The notes under the pieces: model-generated
The model's input: the letters and a program-made list of their open reading frames with translations, nothing else
Told to the model about the DNA's origin: nothing
Database searches by the model: none
Assembly: GCA_964554685.1 (NCBI GenBank)
Contig: CAZKPR010000005.1
Span: 1-50,359, forward strand
Source: an uncultured Leptospirales bacterium
Lineage (GTDB): Bacteria; Spirochaetota; UBA4802; UBA5550
Length of the DNA stretch: 50,359 nt
Direction: 5' to 3'
Program-made: the position numbers and the translations under genes
In this document: piece after piece, positions 10,204 to 18,475 of the stretch
How the letters are laid out: the number at the start of each line of letters is the position of its first letter
Numbering within the stretch: the stretch's first letter is position 1

Positions 10204-10404
10204 GAGGCCGTTTTTTTTATTGAAATATTGATTGCCGCACTTTATCCTGCCGTATGATGCGCCGCCGGGAGCGGGAGGAAGTCGCAGCGTCGATTCCCGC
10301 CTTTCGCTCACGGCGATCACGCATGCAACAGCGCGGCGGCGCGCGGCGAGTCGTTGCAATCACCCGGCACCCCCGGATATTCGGATCACTGACAGGCTGA
10401 AACG

Positions 10405-11124
10405 ATGATACACTGCTTCCGCCATCGGCTTTTCCTCAGCATACTGTCCGCAGGCGTTGCGGCGTGCGCCCTCGTGGTTCCTGCGCCCTCTTTCGCGGAC
10501 GAAACGCCTCCTGCCTCCACGGATGCACCCCCGGCCAATGACACGGCCCGGCAGGAAGCACCCCGCCAGAGACGCGTAAAGAGCCCCATATCGAAAAAAA
10601 GCGTCATGCTCGGCATCGGCGGCATCGCTTCATACGCCGTGGGCGGCGGCGATACCCATCCGGGCCTCGAACACGCCGGGATCAATCCCGTGGCCCTCCT
10701 CTCCGTGAGCTACTTCTTCATCGACGGCCTGGCCATCGGCATTCAGGGCACGCACCAGTATATCCAGACCACGGTACGTTTTCAATCCTCGCGCCTTCCC
10801 GTAGCAGTGTCCACTTCCGTAACCGCCATGGGAGGCGCCGTGGGCATCGGGGGAAACTACTTCTTCCATGCAACACCGGTCCTCTTCCCCTACCTCGGCC
10901 TTTTCCTTCATTACGGTATGGCGGGGGGAAAGGTCCCCAACCTGGGATCAACCCGGTTTTCCTTCATCAACGTGGGGATAGCCGCCGGCCTCACCTGGAT
11001 CGTCACCGAAGGCCTCGGGTTGTGCGTTGAAGCAACGCACATGCGCGACATCGTCGATCCCGGAAAATCGAACCGCCACGGCCACCTGACCGGCATTGGT
11101 ATCGGGTTTCGGCTCTTTATCTGA
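10405..11124 (+). CDS. putative outer-membrane beta-barrel (porin-family) protein
   Basis: Signal peptide LFLSILSAGVAACALVVPAPSFA. Gly- and aromatic-rich alternating strands. C-terminal GIGIGFRLFI. Confidence 0.5.
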   Translation: MIHCFRHRLFLSILSAGVAACALVVPAPSFADETPPASTDAPPANDTARQEAPRQRRVKSPISKKSVMLGIGGIASYAVGGGDTHPGLEHAGINPVALLSVSYFFIDGLAIGIQGTHQYIQTTVRFQSSRLPVAVSTSVTAMGGAVGIGGNYFFHATPVLFPYLGLFLHYGMAGGKVPNLGSTRFSFINVGIAAGLTWIVTEGLGLCVEATHMRDIVDPGKSNRHGHLTGIGIGFRLFI

Positions 11125-11150
11125 GTCAAGGAAGCCGGGGGAGGCATCGG

Positions 11151-12113
11151 ATGAAGGGAAAGAAGATTAAAAAGCTGCTGACGCAATTCGTCCTCGCGCC
11201 GATCAGGGCGGCGAGGGAATTTGTCTTCGTCGATCTCCGTACGGTCATGAAGAATTTCGGCCAACACGACGGCGAGCTCTCGACATGCGCCCTGGCATTC
11301 TTTCTTCTGATCTCGTTCATCCCCATCTCCCTGGTGGTCATCGCGGCGCTCAGCTTTTTCTTCAAGTCCGAGGCCCTCGCCGCGTTCTACATCACGCAGC
11401 TCAAGAACCAGCTTCCCTCCATCAACATCGACCGCTTCATTTCCATCATTGACAGGATCATCTATACCAAGCGCTACCTCGCCTTCATCTGGGTCCCGTT
11501 CCTTCTCTGGTGGGGAAGCTTCGTGTTCGACATCATCGAGCGGGGACTGGAAAAGGCATTCCAGATCGACGAGAGCAGGCGCTTCTGGAAGGCCAAGGCC
11601 CGTCACTTTCTCATCATTCTCGGCATCGCGACGAGCGTGTTCATCATCACCATATTCTCCCATTTTTTCGCCGTGATCAAGAACATCGGCATAGCCCGCC
11701 TCATCGACGAGAACATCAACGCCTGGAGCCACCTGAGCATACTGGTGAACGTCCTGGAACGGACTCCCTATCTCATTTCCTCGGTCACGACACTCGTGAT
11801 GAACACCCTGCTCATTTTCATGATCTACCGGTTTGTGCCGCCGAAAAAGCTCACCAACAGGGCACTTTTCAAAGGAGCGCTCTTCGCGTCCCTGAGCTAC
11901 GAGGTGATCAAGTCGCTCTTTTCGATCTATATACGGGAAATCAACGATTACACCTCGATCTTCGGTTCCCTGAACACGATCGTCATTCTGATGATATGGA
12001 TCTGGTACACCTGTTTCCTTTTCGTGATCGGCGCGGAGCTCGCGTGGGTTTTCTACCAGAAGGAAGAGGGCGGAACAAAACTCGATTTCAACGAAACCCC
12101 CGACACCGCGTGA
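11151..12113 (+). CDS. YihY/BrkB (virulence factor BrkB) family membrane protein
   Basis: 320 aa, six hydrophobic helices. Typical ALAFFLLISFIPISLVV and LLIFMIYRFVPPKK...SLFSIYI...YTSIFGSLNTIVILMIWIWY motifs. Confidence 0.8.
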   Translation: MKGKKIKKLLTQFVLAPIRAAREFVFVDLRTVMKNFGQHDGELSTCALAFFLLISFIPISLVVIAALSFFFKSEALAAFYITQLKNQLPSINIDRFISIIDRIIYTKRYLAFIWVPFLLWWGSFVFDIIERGLEKAFQIDESRRFWKAKARHFLIILGIATSVFIITIFSHFFAVIKNIGIARLIDENINAWSHLSILVNVLERTPYLISSVTTLVMNTLLIFMIYRFVPPKKLTNRALFKGALFASLSYEVIKSLFSIYIREINDYTSIFGSLNTIVILMIWIWYTCFLFVIGAELAWVFYQKEEGGTKLDFNETPDTA

Positions 12114-12138
12114 CCCGACTGCCCCTCGTGATTTATGC

Positions 12139-12178
12139 TTGACAGCATGTGAAATGTAAGTTAATGGCCATTCATTAA
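12139..12178 (+). promoter_or_regulatory. candidate promoter with overlapping palindromic operator upstream of the TetR gene
   Basis: TTGACA at 12139-12144, a 17-nt spacer, TAATGG at 12162-12167. Inverted repeat TTAATG-N6-CATTAA at 12161-12178 contains the perfect palindrome AATGGCCATT. Confidence 0.35.
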
Positions 12179-12231
12179 TCAGCGCGACGCCGGTTGCGGT
12201 GTGGCGTCCCGTGGCTGAAGGAGAACGACGG

Positions 12232-12840
12232 ATGACGGTACGAAAGAAGGGAACGGAGCGGCGCGACCTCATCCTCTCCCGGGCAAGCAGGCTGTTCTGG
12301 GAAAAGGGATACGCCGAAACCAGCATGAAGGACATCGCCGGCGCCTGCGGCTTCCGTCCCGCAAACCTGTACAACTTTTTCGAATCGAAGGAATCAATCC
12401 TCCACGAGATACTCCTCATCGAGATGAACGAAATAGTGGAGCCGATACGGCACCTCAGGGAGGACGAAGGAATAGATCCCGTGAGCGGTCTTCGCACCCT
12501 GATCGAAAACCACCTGCGTCTCACCCTGGGCGAGAAGAGATCATCGAAGCTTCTCTTCGACGTAAGCCTTAAGAACCTTACCGGGCCCCACAGGAAGGCG
12601 ATCATTCGCCTCCGCGATGAGTACGACGCGATCGGGACCGCCATCATCGGCCGGGGCATGAAGAAAGGAATTTTCTCCAGTGACCTCGATATAAAGATCG
12701 CGGTTTACAGCATCGCCTCCATAATCGCCAGGTCCCGGATATGGTTCTCTCCCGGGGGGAAGTACTCCGTGGACGACATCATCGACTTCGTGTTCCGGTT
12801 CGCGCTCCATGGTCTCGGCGCCGAAAAGGGGCGCGGTTGA
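12232..12840 (+). CDS. TetR/AcrR family transcriptional regulator
   Basis: ATG at 12232 preceded by GAAGGAG at 12217-12223. HTH region RRDLILSRASRLFWEKGYAETSMKDIAGACGFRPANLYNFFESKESIL. Confidence 0.85.
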   Translation: MTVRKKGTERRDLILSRASRLFWEKGYAETSMKDIAGACGFRPANLYNFFESKESILHEILLIEMNEIVEPIRHLREDEGIDPVSGLRTLIENHLRLTLGEKRSSKLLFDVSLKNLTGPHRKAIIRLRDEYDAIGTAIIGRGMKKGIFSSDLDIKIAVYSIASIIARSRIWFSPGGKYSVDDIIDFVFRFALHGLGAEKGRG

Positions 12841-12913
12841 GGGGATGGATTTTTTCACTATGGAATAACCTGCACATTCAACCATCTTGCTCTTCTGAAA
12901 GAGGAGGCCCGCC

Positions 12914-14368
12914 ATGTCGCTAAAAACACCGGCTGAATACATCGAAAGCCTGAAAGGCCTTGACCTGAAGGTCTACATGTTCGGCAGGAGGATCGAGAAC
13001 GTGGTCGATGACCCGATCATCAGGCCCTCCCTGAACGCCGTCGCCCTGACCTACGCCCTGGCCCATGACCCGAAGCACGAGGAAATCATGACGGCGGTTT
13101 CCCATCTCACGGGGAACAGGATCAATCGTTTCACGCATATTCACCGGAGCGCCGAAGACCTGGTGAAAAAAAGCAGGATGGGAAGGCTCCTGGGGTCCCT
13201 CACCGGGTGCTGTTTCCAGCGGTGCGTGGGCATGGACGCCCTGAACGCACTTTCCATCATCACCTATGACATCGACGCGGCCCGGGGCACCGGCTACCAC
13301 CGGCGCTTCACGGACTATCTCCGGTACGTCCAGGAGAACGACCTGGTCTGCGACGGCGCGATGACTGACCCGAAGGGAGACCGCTCCCTCCCGCCCCACC
13401 GCCAGCCCGATCCCGACATGTTCCTCCGCATCGTCGAGGAACGACCCGACGGCATCGTGGTGCGCGGGGCGAAGGCGCACCAGACCGGGGCGGTGAACTC
13501 CCATGAAATCATCGTGATGCCCACTGTGGCAATGAGGGAGGAAGACCGCGACTACGCGGTCTCCTTCGCCGTGCCGAGCGACACCGATGGCATCATGTAC
13601 ATCATGGGACGCCAGTCCTGCGACACCAGGAAGCTCGAGGAGGGCCTGATCGATCGCGGTAATATCGCCTTCGGGGGCCACGAGGCCCTGATCGTGTTCG
13701 ACGACGTCTTCGTGCCCCGGGGTCGGGTTTTCATGTGCCGCGAGCATGAATTCGCCGGCCGCCTGGTTGAGCTCTTCGCCTCCTACCACCGCCAGAGCTA
13801 CGCCTGCAAGGTCGGCGTCGGGGACGTGCTGATCGGGGCGGCGCAGACCGCCGCGGAATACAACGGCATCGAGCGCGCCTCCCACGTGAAGGACAAGATC
13901 ATAGAGATGAACCAGCTGAACGAGACCCTTTACTGCGGATGCATCGCCTGCGCGTCCGAGGGACGTCCCGAGCCGAGCGGGACCTGGTACGTGGACGCCC
14001 TCCTGGCGAATGTCCACAAGCAGAACGTGACGCGACTCCCCTACGAAATCGCCCGGCTCGCCCAGGACATCGCCGGCGGGCTCATGGTCACCTGCCCCTC
14101 AGAGGGCGACCTGAAGTCTCCCGGGGCGGGGAAGTGGGTGAAGAAATACCTTGTGGGGGTCGACGGCGTGCCCACGGAGCACCGGATACGCATTCTCAGG
14201 CTTATCGAAAACCTGACCCTTGGGTCCGCCGCAGTGGGTTACCTGACGGAATCGATGCACGGGGCGGGTTCGCCCCAGGCACAGAGGATCATGATAGCGC
14301 GGCTGGTTGACATGGAGAAAAAGAAAAACAACGCCCGGAGGCTCGCCGGCATTCCCGTAGAAGAGTGA
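12914..14368 (+). CDS. abfD: 4-hydroxybutyryl-CoA dehydratase / vinylacetyl-CoA delta-isomerase
   Basis: 484 aa. It is co-linear with my recollection of Clostridium AbfD: AEYIESLK...VYMFG..IEN, Fe-S ligand region TGCCFQRCVGMDA, DGAMTDPKGDRSL, IVVRGAKAHQTG, YHRQSYACKVGVGD, ESMHGAGSPQAQRIMIAR. Confidence 0.85.
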   Translation: MSLKTPAEYIESLKGLDLKVYMFGRRIENVVDDPIIRPSLNAVALTYALAHDPKHEEIMTAVSHLTGNRINRFTHIHRSAEDLVKKSRMGRLLGSLTGCCFQRCVGMDALNALSIITYDIDAARGTGYHRRFTDYLRYVQENDLVCDGAMTDPKGDRSLPPHRQPDPDMFLRIVEERPDGIVVRGAKAHQTGAVNSHEIIVMPTVAMREEDRDYAVSFAVPSDTDGIMYIMGRQSCDTRKLEEGLIDRGNIAFGGHEALIVFDDVFVPRGRVFMCREHEFAGRLVELFASYHRQSYACKVGVGDVLIGAAQTAAEYNGIERASHVKDKIIEMNQLNETLYCGCIACASEGRPEPSGTWYVDALLANVHKQNVTRLPYEIARLAQDIAGGLMVTCPSEGDLKSPGAGKWVKKYLVGVDGVPTEHRIRILRLIENLTLGSAAVGYLTESMHGAGSPQAQRIMIARLVDMEKKKNNARRLAGIPVEE

Positions 14369-14381
14369 GGCGGGTAAGTTC

Positions 14382-15710
14382 CTACTCCCCGCTATGCTCC
14401 ATCGCCGCGGCGCGGCCCCGCTCCTCGTTCACGAAGGAAACCACGACCACGGCAATGACGAAGAAGGCCGAGCAGATCAGGATGGAGTTCTTGAGGCCAA
14501 AATTCACCTGGAGCAGTCCGAGCGCCATGAGGCCGATGATCGCCGCGAGGCGTCCCGTCAGGTTCCAGAGGCCGAAGAATTCACCCGACTTGGTATCGGG
14601 AGAGAACAGACCCACCATGGCCCGGCAGGCCGACTGCGTGGCGCCGAGGCCGAGGCCCGCGAGGGAGCCGATCACCAGGAACACGTACTCCGCCTCCCAG
14701 GAGACCCCGAGAAGCGCGTTTGCCCCGGCCGTGATCCGGTCCACGCCGTAAATGAGGCTGACGGCGGCTACCCATATGAAAAGGGTCGCCATGAATGTCT
14801 TCTTGGCGCCCCAGCGGTCCTGTATCACGCCGAAGAGGAATGCGCCCCCGGCGGCGGTAAACTGCGTGATGACGAACATCATCATCTGCGTGGTGGCGCT
14901 CCACTTGATCACCTGGTCCCCGAATATGAACGCGAAGCTTATGACGATGGAGAGGCCGGCGTAGGCGAAGAGAAACGATGCCAGGAGAATGGCCAGGTCC
15001 CGGTAATGGCGAATGTCCCGAAAGGTGCGCCGCACCCGGTTCATGCCGATGGTCAGGTAGTTCTCCCCGGGAGGAAGGGCCCGCGCCGTGCCCCGGTCCC
15101 TCACCCAGAGGAAGGTGGGGATTGCGGCGATGAGGAAGAACGCCCCGGTAATGGGACCGACGAAGCGAAGATTGGGGTAATTCTCGATGACCAGGGCGCC
15201 GAGGCCGAACATGACGATCGCGGTCGAGGTAAGCCCGCCGAAATAGCCGAGGCCCCAGGCGTAGCCGGAGATCTTTCCCAGGTCCTCGGGGGGGCCGAGG
15301 TCGGGAAGGAAGCTCGACACGAAGGATTCGCTGTAGGAAAAACCTATGTTCGACAGGACGATCAGGATTATCGCGAGTACGACACCGCCGGGAACAACGA
15401 AATAGAGAGACGCCGTGGCCACGACGGTAAGCGCGTAGCTCCCGAAGAGAAACTTCTTCTTCGCCGCGGTGAAATCCATGATGGCCCCGAGGACCGGGGC
15501 GGAGAGAAGCACGATCAGGTAGCTGATTGACAGGGCCGCGCTCCAGAGAAGGTTGCCAAGACGGAATTCCGGCGCGTCCCCCACTATGAGCCGGGGAAAG
15601 ATGACGCAGTAGACCACGGTGATGATGACCGTGGTGTAGGATGAATTGGCGAAATCGAACATCGCCCATCCGAATATTTCCCTTCCCGACGCGCGCTTGT
15701 TAACTGCCAT
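14382..15710 (-). CDS. MFS transporter, UMF1/Atg22-like family
   Basis: 442 aa, about 12 TM helices. N-terminal FGWAMFDFANSSYTTVIITVVY is characteristic of the UMF1 family. Convergent with abfD across a 13-nt gap. Confidence 0.8.
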   Translation of the reverse strand: MAVNKRASGREIFGWAMFDFANSSYTTVIITVVYCVIFPRLIVGDAPEFRLGNLLWSAALSISYLIVLLSAPVLGAIMDFTAAKKKFLFGSYALTVVATASLYFVVPGGVVLAIILIVLSNIGFSYSESFVSSFLPDLGPPEDLGKISGYAWGLGYFGGLTSTAIVMFGLGALVIENYPNLRFVGPITGAFFLIAAIPTFLWVRDRGTARALPPGENYLTIGMNRVRRTFRDIRHYRDLAILLASFLFAYAGLSIVISFAFIFGDQVIKWSATTQMMMFVITQFTAAGGAFLFGVIQDRWGAKKTFMATLFIWVAAVSLIYGVDRITAGANALLGVSWEAEYVFLVIGSLAGLGLGATQSACRAMVGLFSPDTKSGEFFGLWNLTGRLAAIIGLMALGLLQVNFGLKNSILICSAFFVIAVVVVSFVNEERGRAAAMEHSGE

Positions 15711-15750
15711 GCCCCACCTCCCCTTTCATCTTCACCGCCCGGAAGGCGTA

Positions 15751-17658
15751 TCAGCCTCTTCCCCTGAACCTTGGTTTGATCACCCAGTAGGTCACCGAAC
15801 CGGCACCGCGCACATACGCCGTTTTTTCCCGATCGAAGTTGAAGCCCTTCCCCGCGAGATAGCCGGTCACCGACGGCTCGTGCATGAAGTCCTCCGCAAC
15901 GGCGATGCCCCCGGCGTCCGCGTAGGCCTGGAGCTTCGCCGCAACGTTGACCGGCTGCCCGAAATAATCTATGGCGCTGTTCAGGTTCACCGCGAGGCAG
16001 GGGCCCCTGTTGATGCTCGCCCTCGTCCGTATGGGAACCTCCCCGTACTTTCCGTCGAACACGGACATGAACTCGATTGCGCCGCGCAGGGCGTCAAGGG
16101 GTTCGCGAAAGGCGAGGAGCACGGCGTCGCCGATGGTTTTAACGATCGCCCCACGGTGCGACAGGGCTATGGCATGGCTCTTTTCGAAGAACTCCCTGAC
16201 CAGGGAGAAGGCCCGCGAATTCCCCTCCCTGCCGTAAAGCTCCGTCGACTTCACGATGTCAACAAAGAGAACATTCTGGACCCCCACGTCAATGGAAAGA
16301 CCCGCGGCCAGGGCCTCCCGGGAAAAAAGGTCCCTGAATTCCTGGAAGTTGAAAAGATCCCCGGGACGTAGCGCTTCGGCGTCCTCACCGCTTTCTTCCA
16401 CGATGAAAATGTGATGCACGGAATCGCCGTTCGCCATCAGGAGTGTCGCGCCCGGACCCGTCTGGAAGGTCATGTTCTCAGTGGAATGCTCCCACAGCAC
16501 CTCGCGTGGAGGATGGTCACCGTCAACATCCAGGAAGTTGAAGGCCTCGCGCCCGTGGAGGCGGAGGCGGTAGCGTCCCTCTTCGTAATCGACGGCCACG
16601 GCACGCCGCTCATCCGGCACCAGCTCCCACTGGAACCTGATGTGGGGTTTTCTCGCGGGTTCCGCGCTGCAGTACAGCACCGGCTCCACTGTCTTGATCT
16701 CCGGGCTGATACGGAAGGTAATCTCGATGGCGTTGACCGTTCCCGTGGTGAAGGTGACCGCGCAGACCTCGCATGAGGCGGTCTCGGGGACGTCCCAGAG
16801 ATGGTCCGTGCGACCGCGCACCCCGCGGCAGTGGGGACAGACCACGTCCCAGGTCAGGTCCAAGAGGCCCCGCCGCGTGGCGTGAAGCATCACGGGAAGG
16901 AGCCGCATCCAGTCGGCCCGGGCTGACCGCGCGATCCGCTTCGGCCGCATCCTGTAGAGCTCCTCGTCAGGGGCCTCATCGATATGCCGTATGAGCAGCT
17001 CCACGTATTCCGCGTCGATCTTCTCATCGAGGAGCCGCTGATGTATCGAGGCGATACGGGAGGTGTTGGCGTCAGCCTTGGGCGGCCGCTCTTCAACCCT
17101 GAGCGATTCCGCGGGAAGGAGCCGGAATTCGACGGGCTTCGCGGCCGCGGTGGCCAGTTCCATCAACACGCCGCCGTAGCGTTTTCGATACCTGTTCCGC
17201 GCCGCGAGGAGAACCGCCCGGTACGCGTGATTGCGCGGAATCCATCCGAAGTAGAGGAGGACACGGCAGGAGGCGCCGGCGCCTTCCTCAAGGAGGATGT
17301 GGAAGCGCACGTAATGCGCGAACCCCCTCGAGTAGATCCGCTCGACCCGCAGTTCCTTCCCCGATTCCCACTGCCAGGGAGGCTCTTCCCATTCTACACT
17401 GAAGACGCCGAACCTGGTTTTCCCATGGAGCCTGCCGTTTTTTTCGGAAAGCTCCATGCCCGTGAGGCCAAGCTTTTTGTTGACGAGGGAGGTGTCGGAC
17501 ACCAGGGGCCAGAGATCTCGGGCCGACGCGGGAAGCTCGTAGGTAAAGTAATATTCCACGGGGACGCCAAGGGAGCGCCACCTGTCCAGCCAGGGGTTCG
17601 CTTCGAGATACTCGTTCAGGTCGCCTATTGTCTGAGCCACGGCAATGTTCCCCGTCAA
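15751..17658 (-). CDS. class III adenylate/guanylate cyclase with large N-terminal sensor region
   Basis: 635 aa. C-terminal cyclase core VLFVDIVKSTELYGREGN, IVKTIGDAVLLAF, GQPVNVAAKLQ. Central Cys cluster VVCPHCRG...SCEVCAV. The start is TTG, overlapping the plsC stop (TTGA). Confidence 0.8.
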   Translation of the reverse strand: MTGNIAVAQTIGDLNEYLEANPWLDRWRSLGVPVEYYFTYELPASARDLWPLVSDTSLVNKKLGLTGMELSEKNGRLHGKTRFGVFSVEWEEPPWQWESGKELRVERIYSRGFAHYVRFHILLEEGAGASCRVLLYFGWIPRNHAYRAVLLAARNRYRKRYGGVLMELATAAAKPVEFRLLPAESLRVEERPPKADANTSRIASIHQRLLDEKIDAEYVELLIRHIDEAPDEELYRMRPKRIARSARADWMRLLPVMLHATRRGLLDLTWDVVCPHCRGVRGRTDHLWDVPETASCEVCAVTFTTGTVNAIEITFRISPEIKTVEPVLYCSAEPARKPHIRFQWELVPDERRAVAVDYEEGRYRLRLHGREAFNFLDVDGDHPPREVLWEHSTENMTFQTGPGATLLMANGDSVHHIFIVEESGEDAEALRPGDLFNFQEFRDLFSREALAAGLSIDVGVQNVLFVDIVKSTELYGREGNSRAFSLVREFFEKSHAIALSHRGAIVKTIGDAVLLAFREPLDALRGAIEFMSVFDGKYGEVPIRTRASINRGPCLAVNLNSAIDYFGQPVNVAAKLQAYADAGGIAVAEDFMHEPSVTGYLAGKGFNFDREKTAYVRGAGSVTYWVIKPRFRGRG

Positions 17659-18383
17659 TCAGGATCACGATCCAGGTTTGATTCGATCACGTCGCGCGTC
17701 CGTTCCATGAGTTCGCCGATCCTGTCTAATCCATACCCGGAGGTCTCGATGGGGTCCCCGATCACCACCTCGATACGGCCGGGATGGAACTCGACGCTTC
17801 CCTTGGGCAGGACACGGCGGCTGCCGTTCACCGTGACCGGCAGTACAGGGTAGCTCCTCTCCAGGGCCACGGCGAACCCCCCCTTTTTGAAGGGCAGGAG
17901 ACGGCCATCGGGAGAGCGGGTCCCCTCGGCAAAGAACATGACGCTCGCCCCCCGGGGGAGGCGGTCAAGCCCCTTCCTGATGCTTTTCCTGGCCCGGTCC
18001 GGATCGCGCCGGTCGATAAAGATATTCCTCGATGCATAGAGAGCGTAGCCGAAAAGGGGTACCCTGAGTATTTCCTGCTTGATGATCCAGCGGAACTGGA
18101 CCCCCAGGGAGGTCACGATGGCCAGAATGTCGTACTGGGACTGGTGGTTCGATATAATCACGTAGGAGCGTCCCTTCTCGATTTTCTCCTTCCCCACTGC
18201 GGATACGCGGGTGGCGGACACGAGAAGCATGACCCGGGCCCATATCTTCGAAATTGAAAAGGCGAGATTCCCCGTCCTGCTCAGGAGCGAAGATATCACC
18301 ATGGGAAGGAAGAGAAGGAGGGTCATTATCCCCGCCCAGAGGAATATCCAGCCTATCTTCACCGCCCGCGTTACCGCATTCAT
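17655..18383 (-). CDS. plsC: 1-acyl-sn-glycerol-3-phosphate acyltransferase
   Basis: 242 aa. N-terminal TM helix, HX4D block NHQSQYD, FAEGTRSPDG, and PVLPVTVNGS. Confidence 0.85.
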   Translation of the reverse strand: MNAVTRAVKIGWIFLWAGIMTLLLFLPMVISSLLSRTGNLAFSISKIWARVMLLVSATRVSAVGKEKIEKGRSYVIISNHQSQYDILAIVTSLGVQFRWIIKQEILRVPLFGYALYASRNIFIDRRDPDRARKSIRKGLDRLPRGASVMFFAEGTRSPDGRLLPFKKGGFAVALERSYPVLPVTVNGSRRVLPKGSVEFHPGRIEVVIGDPIETSGYGLDRIGELMERTRDVIESNLDRDPD

Positions 18384-18475
18384 GGCATCAGCACCTCATG
18401 ATCCTGCCGCGCCTCCCGATCATCCCGCAGGGATTGCATCCTTTCCGGGATCGTGAAGGAAACGGGCCCGGTCAT

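Noticed and set aside
10176-10222. Rho-independent terminator after the zinc peptidase gene
   Set aside because: A T8 run follows the stop, but the preceding stem is only about 4 bp (CGGC...GCCG), too weak to call.
10911-12659. 582-aa minus-strand ORF, and similar long antisense ORFs at 12920-14017, 14394-15530, 25193-26176, 29050-30309, 32878-34137, 34437-36053, 37225-38310, 40568-42136 and 49559-50347
   Set aside because: All lie opposite genes with clear domain signatures. Their translations are Arg/Gly/Pro/Asp-rich low-information strings typical of stop-poor shadow frames in high-GC DNA, and none shows a recognisable motif.
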